From IMG/VR virus record IMGVR_UViG_651703002_000001, positions 64,001 to 128,000 of that record: a DNA stretch of 64,000 bases; one strand, 5' to 3'. The notes below the pieces were generated by a model. The model did not search any database. It was not told the DNA's origin and worked only from the letters and a program-made list of their open reading frames with translations. Positions 1 to 13,126 of this stretch are shown in pieces (the stretch's first letter is position 1; each line of letters starts with the position of its first letter). The stretch comes from a virus (Duplodnaviria > Caudoviricetes). Position numbers and translations under genes: made by a program.

Positions 1-372
1 AAACAAATGCTTCTTTCAGAGAAGCCAGAAGGGATTCTGCCAATTGAGATTTAATACCGGACTCAATCGCTACTTTATTTTCGTCCATAAACTGTTCAGT
101 TAGATGTTCGAAATAACTATCGATAGTGCTAGTAAGATCTACAATTTTAGCAGCAGCAGCTTCTTCAATTAGAGCTTCACTTTGAGCGGCAATCTGTTCG
201 ATGTGAGATTCAGCAAGACGAGCGGATTCAACTTGAACTTTAGATTGGAACACTTCATTAAGAGTTTCTTTAACACTTTCACTCAGTTGAACACCTTCCA
301 GTGCTTTAGAAAGTGCGTCAGTTTCACGACAATCTTTTTAGATTCGCTGAGTAGTTGGTCTTTAATAGACAT
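1..372 (-). CDS. 22: Prohead core scaffold protein gp22, N-terminal part (runs off window; apparent 1-nt deletion near 326)
   Basis: ATG at 372 gives MSIKDQLLSESKKIVV, then a shifted frame continues ETDALSKALEGVQLSESVKETLNEVF...LAESHIEQIA...IDSYFEHLTEQFMDENKVAIESGIK, like T4 gp22; lies after gene 21. Confidence 0.85.
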
Positions 373-396
373 TTGGGTTTTTCCTTATTTTTAAAG

Positions 397-1122
397 TTAA
401 TTCTTTAATGCTTCGATTAAAGCAATAACTGCTTTATCTGAATTATTTAGGGTGCTATTTTCTTGGGTTTTTGACTCATTAACTCGATAAGCATTGGTAT
501 ATGCATTCGGAGCACTAGGTCCCCAAACAACATCAACCCCAACCGTAAGTTTATAACCCTCTTGAACTTCGTTTAAACCACGGGAGTTCTTTTTGAGTGA
601 ACCCAATCCGCGAGAAGATACACCGGGAACCCAACCAGCACGTATCAAAGCCGCAACTTTATCACCATGAGCATGATCACCCTCTACAATACGAGCGCGA
701 CCATATACGTCATTACCTTTCCACCACAGCTTTTCTATTACCAACGCCGATTTTGACGGGTCTGGATATGACCGATCTCCGGGGTGATTTAATTCACCCA
801 AAGATTGTTTGGATGCAACCTGTTCTTTGATATATTTATCGACCGCCTTTTCCATAATAGCTTTGGGATATATACGCCCATTCCCATTCGGGACTTCAGC
901 TTGTAGGAAAATTCCTTCAATATAAAGGTTGCCAGTAGATTTATCATCGAACGATTCAACTAAGTATTGTCCTTTATATGGGATATCCGACACACTCTTT
1001 TCTGTTAACGTTTCATTGGGAGTTCTATATTCATTGCTCCAATGTTCAATCAAAAGCATCGGATTTGATTGAACACCGTTATCTCTCCCTTCCCAATTTT
1101 CTACTAGAATATTTTCAAACAT
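397..1122 (-). CDS. 21: Prohead protease gp21
   Basis: LYIEGIFLQAEVPNGNGRIYPK, LGELNHP, GVSSRGLGSL, DVVWGPSAPNAY motifs. Confidence 0.97.
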   Translation of the reverse strand: MFENILVENWEGRDNGVQSNPMLLIEHWSNEYRTPNETLTEKSVSDIPYKGQYLVESFDDKSTGNLYIEGIFLQAEVPNGNGRIYPKAIMEKAVDKYIKEQVASKQSLGELNHPGDRSYPDPSKSALVIEKLWWKGNDVYGRARIVEGDHAHGDKVAALIRAGWVPGVSSRGLGSLKKNSRGLNEVQEGYKLTVGVDVVWGPSAPNAYTNAYRVNESKTQENSTLNNSDKAVIALIEALKN

Positions 1123-1124
1123 AA

Positions 1125-1595
1125 TTAGAGCCCCATAGCGTCACGCTTGCGCATTGCCTTTTTATATTTTCTACGGGCACGAATTTGAATACTAGGATTA
1201 GCCCGTTTGGTCTTAACTGCATGACGCGCAATTTGACGGCGCTGACTTTTGCTAAGTCCAGTTGTTTGGCTGGCTCTACGTGCTCGCGTAGCTCGGTCGT
1301 GTATCCGAGTTACAGCACCAGCAGCGTTTACACGCTTAACTAGAACCTCATTTAAATCTTCTTGACCTTCAATAATAGATATAATAGCCAAAGCAGAAAT
1401 TGCATTTTGAGCTATCATATTTTCAGCAACGATAATTGCATCGTCTCCAAAAGATTCCATCATCTTTTTGGCTACTGGCGTTTGAGTTTCTACGCATTCG
1501 GAAATTGCTTGCATGAGCATGTCATACTCAAGATCAGATTCAATAACGCGAGAACCTTTTACGCCCCATTTGGAAATAACTAACTCTTTTTCCAT
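1125..1595 (-). CDS. 68: Prohead core protein gp68
   Basis: Basic C-terminus RARRASQTTGLSKSQRRQIARHAVKTKRANPS...RKRDAMGL; synteny. Confidence 0.92.
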   Translation of the reverse strand: MEKELVISKWGVKGSRVIESDLEYDMLMQAISECVETQTPVAKKMMESFGDDAIIVAENMIAQNAISALAIISIIEGQEDLNEVLVKRVNAAGAVTRIHDRATRARRASQTTGLSKSQRRQIARHAVKTKRANPSIQIRARRKYKKAMRKRDAMGL

Positions 1596-1621
1596 TTTTA
1601 TTTTCCTTGGGTTGTTAAAAA

Positions 1622-1777
1622 TTATTCTTGGTCATCCTCAAACGGGGCAAGAGTCGCCCCAATATGATTCCGCATATCCTGAGTTTTAGCAGCAATGCGA
1701 GAGTACATTTCATTCTCAAAAGCAGACCTAGCCGCAATCAAATCACCATTTTGTGCTGCATTAATAAATTCTTCCAT
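1622..1777 (-). CDS. 67: Prohead core protein gp67 (51 aa, not in ORF track)
   Basis: MEEFINAAQNGDLIAARSAFENEMYSRIAAK..., resembles T4 gp67 N-terminus; between genes 20 and 68; CTAAATA upstream. Confidence 0.85.
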   Translation of the reverse strand: MEEFINAAQNGDLIAARSAFENEMYSRIAAKTQDMRNHIGATLAPFEDDQE

Positions 1778-1802
1778 CACTCTATACCTTTATTTAGTGT
1801 AG

Positions 1803-3377
1803 TTAAAAATCTTCAAGTTCATCGGGAGTTGGTTTATAAATAACATCCTTCAACTCTTCATCTATTTTACTTCTTTCTTCTTCGATCTGTTGATCTGTCA
1901 TCTTAAGGATGTTTTTCATTACCGTATCGTGGGAAATATATTTTCCGGTAATCTGGTTCTGAGCCATCATAGATATAATATTGATTCTACGTTCCAATAT
2001 TTCCAAATCCTTCAATTCTTCATAATAGGAATCTTTTGCGTAGACAATACGAATATTTTCTTTTTCCACATCCCATTCTTCTTGGGTCATTACTCCCTTA
2101 AGAATTAGGTTAGTAATTAGTGGGTCATAGAAAATAACATCAAATTGACGCTGCATTCCACGAACAATTTTACTGAATAACAGTTCATCGCGAGTAATAT
2201 CACCGCCAGACGAGAAAGTAACACCACCAGATTCCATAGGGAGACGACTAAGCGGAATTTTCATTGCTTCGAACAATTTACGGTTGAACCAACGAACGTC
2301 ATCCATTTCACCCATAGACTGAGCACCCGGAAGAGTAGATATTTCTGTAGTTGCTTTACCATCACGGCGCATCAACCAAAAATCTTCAGTCATACTTAGG
2401 TTATTTGAGGCAGTTTTAACTTTACCGGTAGAACTATCGTAAACAACTCGGTTTTTGAATCCCTGCATTACTTTGTTTACATGTTCAGTAGCCTTTTTAG
2501 GCTGCATATTACCTACATCAATATAAAATATTCTACGTTCTGGGGCGCGGGTTACACGATATATAACCATCGCATCTTCCAACATCTTCAATTGGTTTGC
2601 TGGTTTAATTGCAGCATGAAGATAACCAATTATAGAACGTCCATCACAAGAAACCTTACCGCTATGTGCGTAAGTCATCGCACTTTTAGGAATGGTTATT
2701 TGGTTGTTATTTGATGTGTTTATATTATTGAAAAGGAAGTTATCAGTACCTGAATACGTGAAATACTCTCTATATCCTTTATAAACCTGAGAACCGTTTT
2801 CGTCTTCTCTAAAGTTTTCTCTATGAAATTGTACCGTTCTTGGATCTAACAATCTAAGCTCAACGATACCTTTCTTTTTATCATTAGGGTCAATCATTTT
2901 ATGGAAGTAAATTCTACTATCTACGTACCATCTACGATATAACCGCTTTCCTTCTTTTTCAAATTTCAAGAGCCGCAATACTTCTTTAAATTCTTCTTGA
3001 ACTAGGTTTTTAACTCTTTCGTTCCATTTTGTGGAATCGAGATTAATAGATACACATTCTTTTTCATCTTCCTGTACTATCGCATCATTGATTATTTCAT
3101 CAATCGCATTATCAACTTCATGATAATTTGTTAGTGAGCGATATTGGTTGATTAATTGACGGGTATTTTGAATTTGGGGGTTTGTCCCGAAAGCATATGC
3201 TTGATACGCTTTATTTGGTGCAGACACATCATTTCTATCTATCGAGTTTGCGCCGTCTGGGTTATCAGGAGCGGCAAAACTATCAATACCTGATGTGAGT
3301 TCTTGCTTTAATTCTTTATCCTCGGATTTTGACCAAGGCTTTAAAAAACTAAGCATATTGAAGTAGCCATTTGCCAT
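1803..3377 (-). CDS. 20: Portal vertex protein gp20
   Basis: RRWYVDSRIYFHK, LEDAMVIYRVTRAPERRIFYIDVGN, TEISTLPG motifs; 524 aa. Confidence 0.98.
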   Translation of the reverse strand: MANGYFNMLSFLKPWSKSEDKELKQELTSGIDSFAAPDNPDGANSIDRNDVSAPNKAYQAYAFGTNPQIQNTRQLINQYRSLTNYHEVDNAIDEIINDAIVQEDEKECVSINLDSTKWNERVKNLVQEEFKEVLRLLKFEKEGKRLYRRWYVDSRIYFHKMIDPNDKKKGIVELRLLDPRTVQFHRENFREDENGSQVYKGYREYFTYSGTDNFLFNNINTSNNNQITIPKSAMTYAHSGKVSCDGRSIIGYLHAAIKPANQLKMLEDAMVIYRVTRAPERRIFYIDVGNMQPKKATEHVNKVMQGFKNRVVYDSSTGKVKTASNNLSMTEDFWLMRRDGKATTEISTLPGAQSMGEMDDVRWFNRKLFEAMKIPLSRLPMESGGVTFSSGGDITRDELLFSKIVRGMQRQFDVIFYDPLITNLILKGVMTQEEWDVEKENIRIVYAKDSYYEELKDLEILERRINIISMMAQNQITGKYISHDTVMKNILKMTDQQIEEERSKIDEELKDVIYKPTPDELEDF

Positions 3378-3466
3378 TATGAGTGTTCCTTAACTTATAT
3401 ACATTATTTAGGGTAGTTAAAAAGTAAAGGAATTGGGGATATATCAATATCCCCACACCCTTTTTA

Positions 3467-3955
3467 TTATTCCCACCAATCCAGAGTTGTTACTACTTCA
3501 AACATTTCAACTTCAGAACCGGTATCCCAATCAAGAGCGAGTTCTGAAATTTGTGAAGGCCACAATCCAAATATGGTATAAGAACGAGTACGATTACCCG
3601 CACGATCTAGCTGGTGAACAGTAGCTTCCTTTTTATAGGTTGCTGGCGCTTCACCGTTAATATTTCGACCAAGTGCTTGAGCTAGGTTTTGCCACTCAAT
3701 AAATTGTTGGCGGGTATTATGCTCTGGGTCATTATATACCGTAATAGTCCAGTCATCGAAAGTTCGGTCACCGGCAAGTTTCATTTTCTTATTTTGGTAA
3801 CCAAGAATAACCGGCTCTACGGTTGCAGCAGGCATAGAAGCCGCTTTAACTTTAAATCTGAGCGAATCCCCCATAAAAGGGATCTCTACTTCGAAAAGGT
3901 TTGGTCTTGCCAAGTCGCCATTTCCGAATGCTCTTGTAACATCTGTTAAATCCAT
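3467..3955 (-). CDS. 19: Tail tube protein gp19
   Basis: GDLARPNLFEVEIP, AGDRTFDDWTITVYND, terminal DWWE; 162 aa. Confidence 0.98.
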   Translation of the reverse strand: MDLTDVTRAFGNGDLARPNLFEVEIPFMGDSLRFKVKAASMPAATVEPVILGYQNKKMKLAGDRTFDDWTITVYNDPEHNTRQQFIEWQNLAQALGRNINGEAPATYKKEATVHQLDRAGNRTRSYTIFGLWPSQISELALDWDTGSEVEMFEVVTTLDWWE

Positions 3956-4010
3956 CAGAAAATCCTCTTAGAATATGGATTAATGGGGTTGTTACACCCC
4001 ATATATTAGT

Positions 4011-6047
4011 TTATACTGGTGCGCCGACAAGTTCTGCGAAATCAGTACCGGTTCCTACCGCCGAGAAATTCAGGGTAACGAAGTTGATAGAACGTGCTGG
4101 TTTGATCATGATGGTTGCAACAAACTCGTTACGGTCAATGACTGATGGAGTGTTGTTAGTTTCATCACATATAACCAAGAAGTCATAAATTCCGCCAAGA
4201 CTCTTAATAGAATCCAGATAGGAATTAACTTCACTACGGAAAGACGAACGGGTAAACGCATCGTTATTTTCGAACAGTTTGTATTTTGCACTTTCAGAAA
4301 TAGATTTCTTCAACAGGTTAAACAATCTACGAACGTTGATACGGTCAAACGGAGTAGGTGCCAAGCTCATTGTCTTATCACCGTACAGGATAAATCCTTG
4401 ACCGGGGAAGCCCACAACAGCGTTTAGACTATTCTGATAAAGCTCATCACGATGTGACTGACGGGTTTCTATAGCCAACTTACGAACGTTCATGATCTGT
4501 CCACGGTTGAAACCGGCAGGACTCATCCACGGTTGTGATACTGTGTCTGTACGTGCGCACAATCCAGCCAAGTCGGCAGACAGTGGGATCCAACGGTTAG
4601 TATCATTATACTTATCGTATTGATACTTGTAGTTGGCAGCAGCAGAACTATAGGTTGTACCAATATTCATGTTGTTATCAACTACAGCACCGCTATTAGT
4701 TAGACCTTTACGCCATTCAACTACTTTAGCAACCGCAGTCGCAACCGGTAGGTTGATCATATATTCCCGTGGTGGACTAATCCAACCCAAGCAATCCTGA
4801 CGCTCATCACATATTGCAGCTACAGACTTCTGTACGGTAGATGCAGTTTCAGCACCTTCACCAGCACAAGAACCAGCAATGAACAGGTTAACATCTACGT
4901 GCTCACGGTCAGAAAACATATCCCAACCAGTGATCCAATCCCCAGCACTTGCAGAATCGTTACCACTAGTTCCGCCACCGAATGTCAGAATACCAGAGAA
5001 TTCAGCGGGCCAGCTTTCAGAAACACCTTGAACGAATGTAGAATATCCGTTTACAAAGAATTCATCGATATGTATACTAGAACCATATATATCACGGTCT
5101 GATGGTTTAGTTGACAATACACGCGATTCAACGGCAGATCCGCCCATGAATACAATCATTGCAAACTGGTCTTTGGTTTGTGGACCATATTCCAGATAAG
5201 AACTTGGGGTTATATTTCCAAATTTAAGACCGGACGGGAAGGTATCCAAATTAACAGTATTAACTGTAGTTGGTTTTCCATCAACTCCAAATTTGTAATA
5301 ATCCTTATATGCAATAAATGCAACTTGAATATTATCACCCTTATCACCAGCATAACGAGATGCAACAACAGGGATCTTATATTTCTCACACATATCGATA
5401 TATGTGTCACTATTTTGATCTCGTCTTAGTAGAGATTCACGGGCATATTCATCATTTGGTATATAAATATTACTATCCTGTGAAATCCCATTAAGTACAC
5501 CAGTTGCACTTTGACCAGCACCGGGACCGCCCGAAGTAAATTGCATCTGCCAGCCATTTTGAAGATCTGGATAATCATTAAGCTCTTTGGCTTTTGCAAC
5601 GATTTCAGCAGATTTGAAAGTTACAAATTCAACACCACCAGTTGAGTTAACCGCAGTTACTTTACCGGTTGTTACAGTTACGCCATTTTGAAGAATTTTA
5701 ACATCGTCACCAATACGGTAATCTACGCCGGGTGATGTAATGGTAAAATCTACAGTATCAAATAGCGGGCTAGAGTTGCGAGCATTTACACTATCTAGAA
5801 TCCGGACAAGACGAAGGTCATTTCCATAATTCAAGAAGTTGATACCACTGAATACGCTATCAGCGGTTTGGTTATCTGGGCGTCCAAAACGATCTATTAG
5901 ATCTGGTTCGGAAACCACTTGAGATATCTGATATGCAGGCCCCCACTGGAATTTACCAGCTAATGCAGCGCGACCCGTAGAAGAACGCGCAATAGTAACC
6001 TGCATATTCATCTCTTTGGCTTCTACGCCGGGAGAAAGTAATGCCAT
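4011..6047 (-). CDS. 18: Tail sheath protein gp18
   Basis: MALLSPGVEAKE, GKFQWGPA, PWMSPAGFNRG, FDRINVRRLF. Confidence 0.98.
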   Translation of the reverse strand: MALLSPGVEAKEMNMQVTIARSSTGRAALAGKFQWGPAYQISQVVSEPDLIDRFGRPDNQTADSVFSGINFLNYGNDLRLVRILDSVNARNSSPLFDTVDFTITSPGVDYRIGDDVKILQNGVTVTTGKVTAVNSTGGVEFVTFKSAEIVAKAKELNDYPDLQNGWQMQFTSGGPGAGQSATGVLNGISQDSNIYIPNDEYARESLLRRDQNSDTYIDMCEKYKIPVVASRYAGDKGDNIQVAFIAYKDYYKFGVDGKPTTVNTVNLDTFPSGLKFGNITPSSYLEYGPQTKDQFAMIVFMGGSAVESRVLSTKPSDRDIYGSSIHIDEFFVNGYSTFVQGVSESWPAEFSGILTFGGGTSGNDSASAGDWITGWDMFSDREHVDVNLFIAGSCAGEGAETASTVQKSVAAICDERQDCLGWISPPREYMINLPVATAVAKVVEWRKGLTNSGAVVDNNMNIGTTYSSAAANYKYQYDKYNDTNRWIPLSADLAGLCARTDTVSQPWMSPAGFNRGQIMNVRKLAIETRQSHRDELYQNSLNAVVGFPGQGFILYGDKTMSLAPTPFDRINVRRLFNLLKKSISESAKYKLFENNDAFTRSSFRSEVNSYLDSIKSLGGIYDFLVICDETNNTPSVIDRNEFVATIMIKPARSINFVTLNFSAVGTGTDFAELVGAPV

Positions 6048-6059
6048 TTTATTTTCCTT

Positions 6060-8285
<2,226 letters not shown>

Positions 8286-8296
<11 letters not shown>

Positions 8297-8792
8297 CGTT
8301 CACCTCTTCAGATTCACCCTCAATAATAAGGGATTTAGCCTGTGTCTGAGTTCCTTCCTTCATCATTAATTCTGATGGTGTTCCAACAAAAACAGTAGCA
8401 TTCTCAATATTAATAGAGTCTTCTTTCTTAGTAGGAGTACCAGCTTTTGTTTTCTCAGATGTAATTGCATCCATTTCTTTATGGAGTCTTAATATTTCTT
8501 TGGTGTTTGCTGTCATAGCAGTCATAAGACTAACAAACGCATTTACTTGATTAGGACTCTCTGAATTTTTAGCGTTTTCTAATGCGATAGCAGCCATAGC
8601 CATCATCATTTGTTGTTGCTGGTTTATAGACTTACGGGCAAGGTTATAATCATCAGCAAGGTCTTGAACACGTTCCACTGGATTTGATACTACATCGACC
8701 AAAACTGTGGGTTCGTAAACTACTACGTCCCCACCATCAAATCCGGGTAATCCCGTAGTGTCTAAAAGACTCTTTATATCTAAACCTCTCAT
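8286..8792 (-). CDS. 16: Terminase small subunit gp16
   Basis: LDIKSLLDTTGLPG, DDYNLARKSI, ALENAKNSESP, INIENATVFVGTPSELM. Confidence 0.95.
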
Positions 8793-9613
8793 GGATTATT
8801 CTCTCTTGGTTCTGGTGGATTAGGTTCCACTGGAATAGGTATGCTATGGGACATTGTTTCTATATAAGAACCATCCCAATCTGATTTCAGAACGTCTACC
8901 GGTACTACTTGACTGTCAGCAGATTCAAAATATGAATCATCTGTTGGTAGTTGTTTCATATTACCGTTGAAATCTAGATATGTTGTTCGAATCTCACCTT
9001 TAAGATCTGCAAAATTGGCATATAACCATCCATCCAATTCAAATATCAAAGTCCATTCTAACCGTCTACGTTCCGACCGATCACCTTCCACACTCTCTTC
9101 CATAGCAACTGATTGGAATGTAATCTGAATATCTCTATCAATCGGAGTTGCCTTATCGTACAATTCCGTCATCTTACATACGAAATTAGGCTGAAAGTAA
9201 GGTAATATTTGCTCTACGATTGTAAGCATATCAGTTTCATATCGAGTCATTATAGAAACTTCATACATGAATTTATATGGAACTGGGTTGAAAATCATAT
9301 ATGACTTTCCGCATTTCTTATTAATGTTTCTAACGTTCATAGCGGTTTTCATTTGCCCGTTATAGTTCATATCAACCATATGAACACCGATTCTAGGTAA
9401 TATAGTTTCGCCTCGGGCAATCTCACCATCGCGCATATTATTAAATTCACTATTTATTTTAGTAACAAATCTTTCTTTAGAAGCATAAGTTAAAGGTACT
9501 TTATTGTAATATTTAATACCGTCTCTTTCTCTTTCTACTTGAACGCCACTCAAAAGTTCCATAAGGAGTATTGAATATCGTCTCATCGAACTATTATAAT
9601 TATAACCAAACAT
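8789..9613 (-). CDS. 15: Tail sheath stabilizer/terminator gp15
   Basis: MFGYNYNSSMRRY, KVPLTYASKERF, EQILPYFQPNF. Confidence 0.96.
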   Translation of the reverse strand: MFGYNYNSSMRRYSILLMELLSGVQVERERDGIKYYNKVPLTYASKERFVTKINSEFNNMRDGEIARGETILPRIGVHMVDMNYNGQMKTAMNVRNINKKCGKSYMIFNPVPYKFMYEVSIMTRYETDMLTIVEQILPYFQPNFVCKMTELYDKATPIDRDIQITFQSVAMEESVEGDRSERRRLEWTLIFELDGWLYANFADLKGEIRTTYLDFNGNMKQLPTDDSYFESADSQVVPVDVLKSDWDGSYIETMSHSIPIPVEPNPPEPRENNP

Positions 9614-9663
9614 AGGGATCCCCTTTATTGTTATTTAGGGGGATTTAATCCCCCAATCATTTT

Positions 9664-10465
9664 TTAATCAAAACCCCAATCTTTTTGTTTATCTTCACAT
9701 GGATCTTGTGGTTTATATTCAACCCATGGTGTAAATGGTGCAGTTGCTATAGGTAATCCAGTACCAATTATGGTATCAAAATCATCTATAAAATCTTCGG
9801 CTTCATCCGCAATGAAATCGTCTTCTTCATATTCGATTATTGATGTATCAACCCGCTTATCTAGATTTCTAATTGGATCCAATCCAGAATCCATAACAAA
9901 ATCAGAAGGATTAAATTCAGGTTTTGAGTTCTTCACCAGAATAAATAAATTTCTGAGCAGTTATTTTGTATTGTGTTTCCTGACCCATTTGGAAAAATGG
10001 GTTATTAGGTTCAACCCAAGTAACCTCAAAAATGGCATTATTCATAGGGAAATATATAAGATCGCCCTCCCGAGCTTTATCACCATCCGCCTGTCTATTA
10101 AACAACTCTGGGGAAATAGTGAATTGAGCTTCGTCATTAACACTCATACCGAATTTAGAAAAGAATTCCTGACGACCCTCATAACCTTCAAAGCTGTCAA
10201 GATACATTGCGACTCGATATGCCTTGTTGAATTTGGATTGCATATCCTCACCAAATAAAAGGTCTAGCTTTACAAACTCTCTCCGCATATAATAAACTTC
10301 AATACCTTTCATCTGTATAGATTCGGATATCAATTGTCTTGCAAATGCTTGAGAATATCCATATTGATAGTTGTTCATGTGGGGATTTAAAATTTCTTTC
10401 TTGTTTGTGTCGTCTTCGTATCCAGTACCGTTTTCAAGACGAGCAAAAAGATTTTCATTGAACAT
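9664..10465 (-). CDS. 14: Neck protein gp14 (split by apparent +1 indel near 9921)
   Basis: LFGEDMQSKF, SFEGYEG, FFSKFGM, EGDLIYFPM; EELK continues as PEFNPSDF in another frame at an A-run. Confidence 0.93.
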
Positions 10466-10470
10466 AGTAA

Positions 10471-11391
10471 TTACCCCACAATGATCGCATCAGGACCAGA
10501 TAATGAAAGAAGTTCTTCTCTAAGTTTTTCGATTTCTTCTTTAGCTTCTTGAATTAAACGAACCCCGTCAACGGTTACGCCTCCCGGTAATTGCATACCC
10601 TGATGTTTAGCCAATATACTACCCCATATGTCTTTTACGAATGCAGTAGACATATCTTTAATCCATCGGTTGTCGTATACCTTTTGATCTGGGAAATCAT
10701 TTCTAGCTTCGCCTACAACCCATTCAGGAAGTTTGTTATATGGATTAGCCCATTTTTGTTCTAGGGTTGCATTATCACCAGAACCAATCGGGGTATATGA
10801 CCCAAAATTATTATATGCAAATTCATCAAGATCTACGAAGTTTTGAATATATACTTCAATAACAAGAACGTCACCTTTTTTGAAATTTTTACCAGATATC
10901 TGAAGAATACCCGCCTTGGTATCAAAATCATATTCTGGTAATGGGTTTAGCTGATCTTGTAACAGCTTCTGATATGAACTAAATTGTGCAAAATAACCAA
11001 CACTACCAATATTACCGAATGGGCTTGGTCCGTGATAACAAGAACCACCTGCCCCACTAATGCTCATAATAAATCCGGTGAACCAGTTAAGAGGAACACC
11101 ACCACCTAACAGGGTTGTATTTCCAACTTGAGATCTAAGGATTTTTGTCACGGCGAATATAGGATATTCACTCAAATCTATATATCCCGTTAGAGCTTGT
11201 TCCTCGGTCATTACGATGGTAATGAAGGCTCTATTAAGTGCATCATGATGATAATCTTTATACAGTTCTAGGGCACGGCCTATACTGTCATAAATTTGAG
11301 TTTCCGTTACTTCTACGTTGATTACAGGGGCACCCAACCGGCGCAGAATATTATCTTTCAATTCTCTTGGATTGTTACAGGTATTAAACAT
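10471..11391 (-). CDS. 13: Neck protein gp13
   Basis: ELKDNILRRLGAPVINVEVT, KHQGMQLPGGVTVDG. Confidence 0.96.
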   Translation of the reverse strand: MFNTCNNPRELKDNILRRLGAPVINVEVTETQIYDSIGRALELYKDYHHDALNRAFITIVMTEEQALTGYIDLSEYPIFAVTKILRSQVGNTTLLGGGVPLNWFTGFIMSISGAGGSCYHGPSPFGNIGSVGYFAQFSSYQKLLQDQLNPLPEYDFDTKAGILQISGKNFKKGDVLVIEVYIQNFVDLDEFAYNNFGSYTPIGSGDNATLEQKWANPYNKLPEWVVGEARNDFPDQKVYDNRWIKDMSTAFVKDIWGSILAKHQGMQLPGGVTVDGVRLIQEAKEEIEKLREELLSLSGPDAIIVG

Positions 11392-11425
11392 TTTAGGATC
11401 CTTATTGTATTTCCTTTATTTAGAG

Positions 11426-11465
11426 AAAAGCCCCAATGCGTTTTTATTATGCATTGGGGCTTTTT
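11426..11465. terminator. Rho-independent terminator
   Basis: AAAAGCCCCAATGCG...TGCATTGGGGCTTTTT long inverted repeat with A/T tails. Confidence 0.8.
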
Positions 11466-11618
11466 ATTAAGATTTTTTATTCTTTTCGATCTCTTCCTGA
11501 TTTTCAAGTTGTTTTTTTGTTAACATTTCTCCCACGCCTTTAACACTTGTGTCAGGACTTCCAGCCGATTTGTTCTAAAGAACAAAAGTATGCCGGTTTG
11601 CATTTTATAGCCCCCCTT

Positions 11619-13115
11619 TCAAGAAAGTTGTATTCTCGTAGTTCTGGTTGAGACTGTACCATAAGGGTTAATAAACGATGCAAAATAGAATATTGATAAA
11701 TCCGTTTCGGCAGTTATTCCTATAGATAATTGTTTTTGGTTCCTAACAATATTACCTCTAGAGTCGTGCCACTCAACCGAATCATATCTTTCCGCATCAA
11801 CGTCTATAACAACCGTATCACCTATATTTGCAATATATACCATATTAGGTTGAAGGGTTATTTTTGGAGCTACGGTACTCCACCACGTCACATCTCCCTC
11901 AATATCCAACTCAAGTTTTCCGTTGGTTGAGGTTAATTTATTATCGCCATTGTTTGATATATTAAAAAGATAACTAACGTCATCTAGAAATATTTCAAAT
12001 TGTTCAATTCTGATACCAGAACCGTTTTTACCAAACACGGTATTAAGTCCATTATCTAAACTTAAATACGGTTCGGTTATTCTTGCGTATACTTCACCGT
12101 TAACATATAACCTTATGTTATTGGCGAATCCATTATTAACATCAAACCAAACAGATATACCAATACTAATACTACGTGGTATATTATATTTTAGTTTACT
12201 TCGATGATAAATTCCATCCGGTGTTTTTACCCAAAATTCATTTTTAATCAGATCTATACCGATACCAGTAGAGACGTTACCAACGTCCTTAGACGCAATT
12301 GTAAGCTCATCTGCACTATCACTCAATATCAACCCACCAGATATCTTATGGGAGCGGTTAGCGACCATTAGAGGCTGATTAGCAACAAACCCAGCAGCCC
12401 TATTGAATATTATAGATTCGTTGGTAATGGTTTGTGGTGTTGGGTGATAATCAATGACTTTATTTGTAGTTGTTACTTGTGGTGAATCGAATGAGAAGTT
12501 ACCATTGGTATTATACCTAACACCTATACCAAAGTTAAATTGAATAACGCAATCTTGTTTAGCGGTAAATGTAGAATATATGCTAGTTCTTGTATTATTA
12601 ACCAATGGATGATCATCAAACTTTTTGGTAAATGTTAGATAATCTGATGAATCTTCCCCATTATCCATATAGATATCTGCTAATACTCCACTATGGACCA
12701 ATGTTTCATCGTTATTTCTAACCATAACACTTGCCGTATATACCTTATCTTTCTTAAGGGATAGTCTGGTTTGGAAAAATATTCTAGAATCTATTGCTCT
12801 AAAAGTGTATCCTCTGGTATTTTCATTATCTTGATTGAAATACATAGCGAATGCATTGTTTCCAGTGTTAAACGAGTTATTATAAATCGTATAACATGGT
12901 GGAACGTGTCCAATTTTCGTATTATTTGCATACATGTATATATCAGAACCATTCAACATTCTACTATTTGATAATAGGTTTTCTTCCCCAATATCATATG
13001 CTCTATGCCAAGCCCCTTTAGAAAAAACCCAAGGTACAGATCTATGCCAGTTATTATGAAAAATATTAGGTGTGGCGTCATGCGCCACACCCTCCTTATA
13101 AATTTTGGTAGCCAT
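11619..13115 (-). CDS. Putative virion fibre/adhesin protein (beta-rich, C-terminal Ig-like domain)
   Basis: 498 aa directly after wac; aromatic beta-hairpin N-terminus (VFSKGAWHRAY); C-terminus PKITLQP...GDTVVIDVDA...VEWH...FINPYGTVST looks Ig-like. Confidence 0.6.
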   Translation of the reverse strand: MATKIYKEGVAHDATPNIFHNNWHRSVPWVFSKGAWHRAYDIGEENLLSNSRMLNGSDIYMYANNTKIGHVPPCYTIYNNSFNTGNNAFAMYFNQDNENTRGYTFRAIDSRIFFQTRLSLKKDKVYTASVMVRNNDETLVHSGVLADIYMDNGEDSSDYLTFTKKFDDHPLVNNTRTSIYSTFTAKQDCVIQFNFGIGVRYNTNGNFSFDSPQVTTTNKVIDYHPTPQTITNESIIFNRAAGFVANQPLMVANRSHKISGGLILSDSADELTIASKDVGNVSTGIGIDLIKNEFWVKTPDGIYHRSKLKYNIPRSISIGISVWFDVNNGFANNIRLYVNGEVYARITEPYLSLDNGLNTVFGKNGSGIRIEQFEIFLDDVSYLFNISNNGDNKLTSTNGKLELDIEGDVTWWSTVAPKITLQPNMVYIANIGDTVVIDVDAERYDSVEWHDSRGNIVRNQKQLSIGITAETDLSIFYFASFINPYGTVSTRTTRIQLS

Positions 13116-13126
13116 TAAAATATTCC

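Noticed and set aside
11466-11602. Tiny minus-strand ORFs between the 498-aa gene and the terminator
   Set aside because: Only 19-27 codons and possibly broken by an indel; cannot be supported
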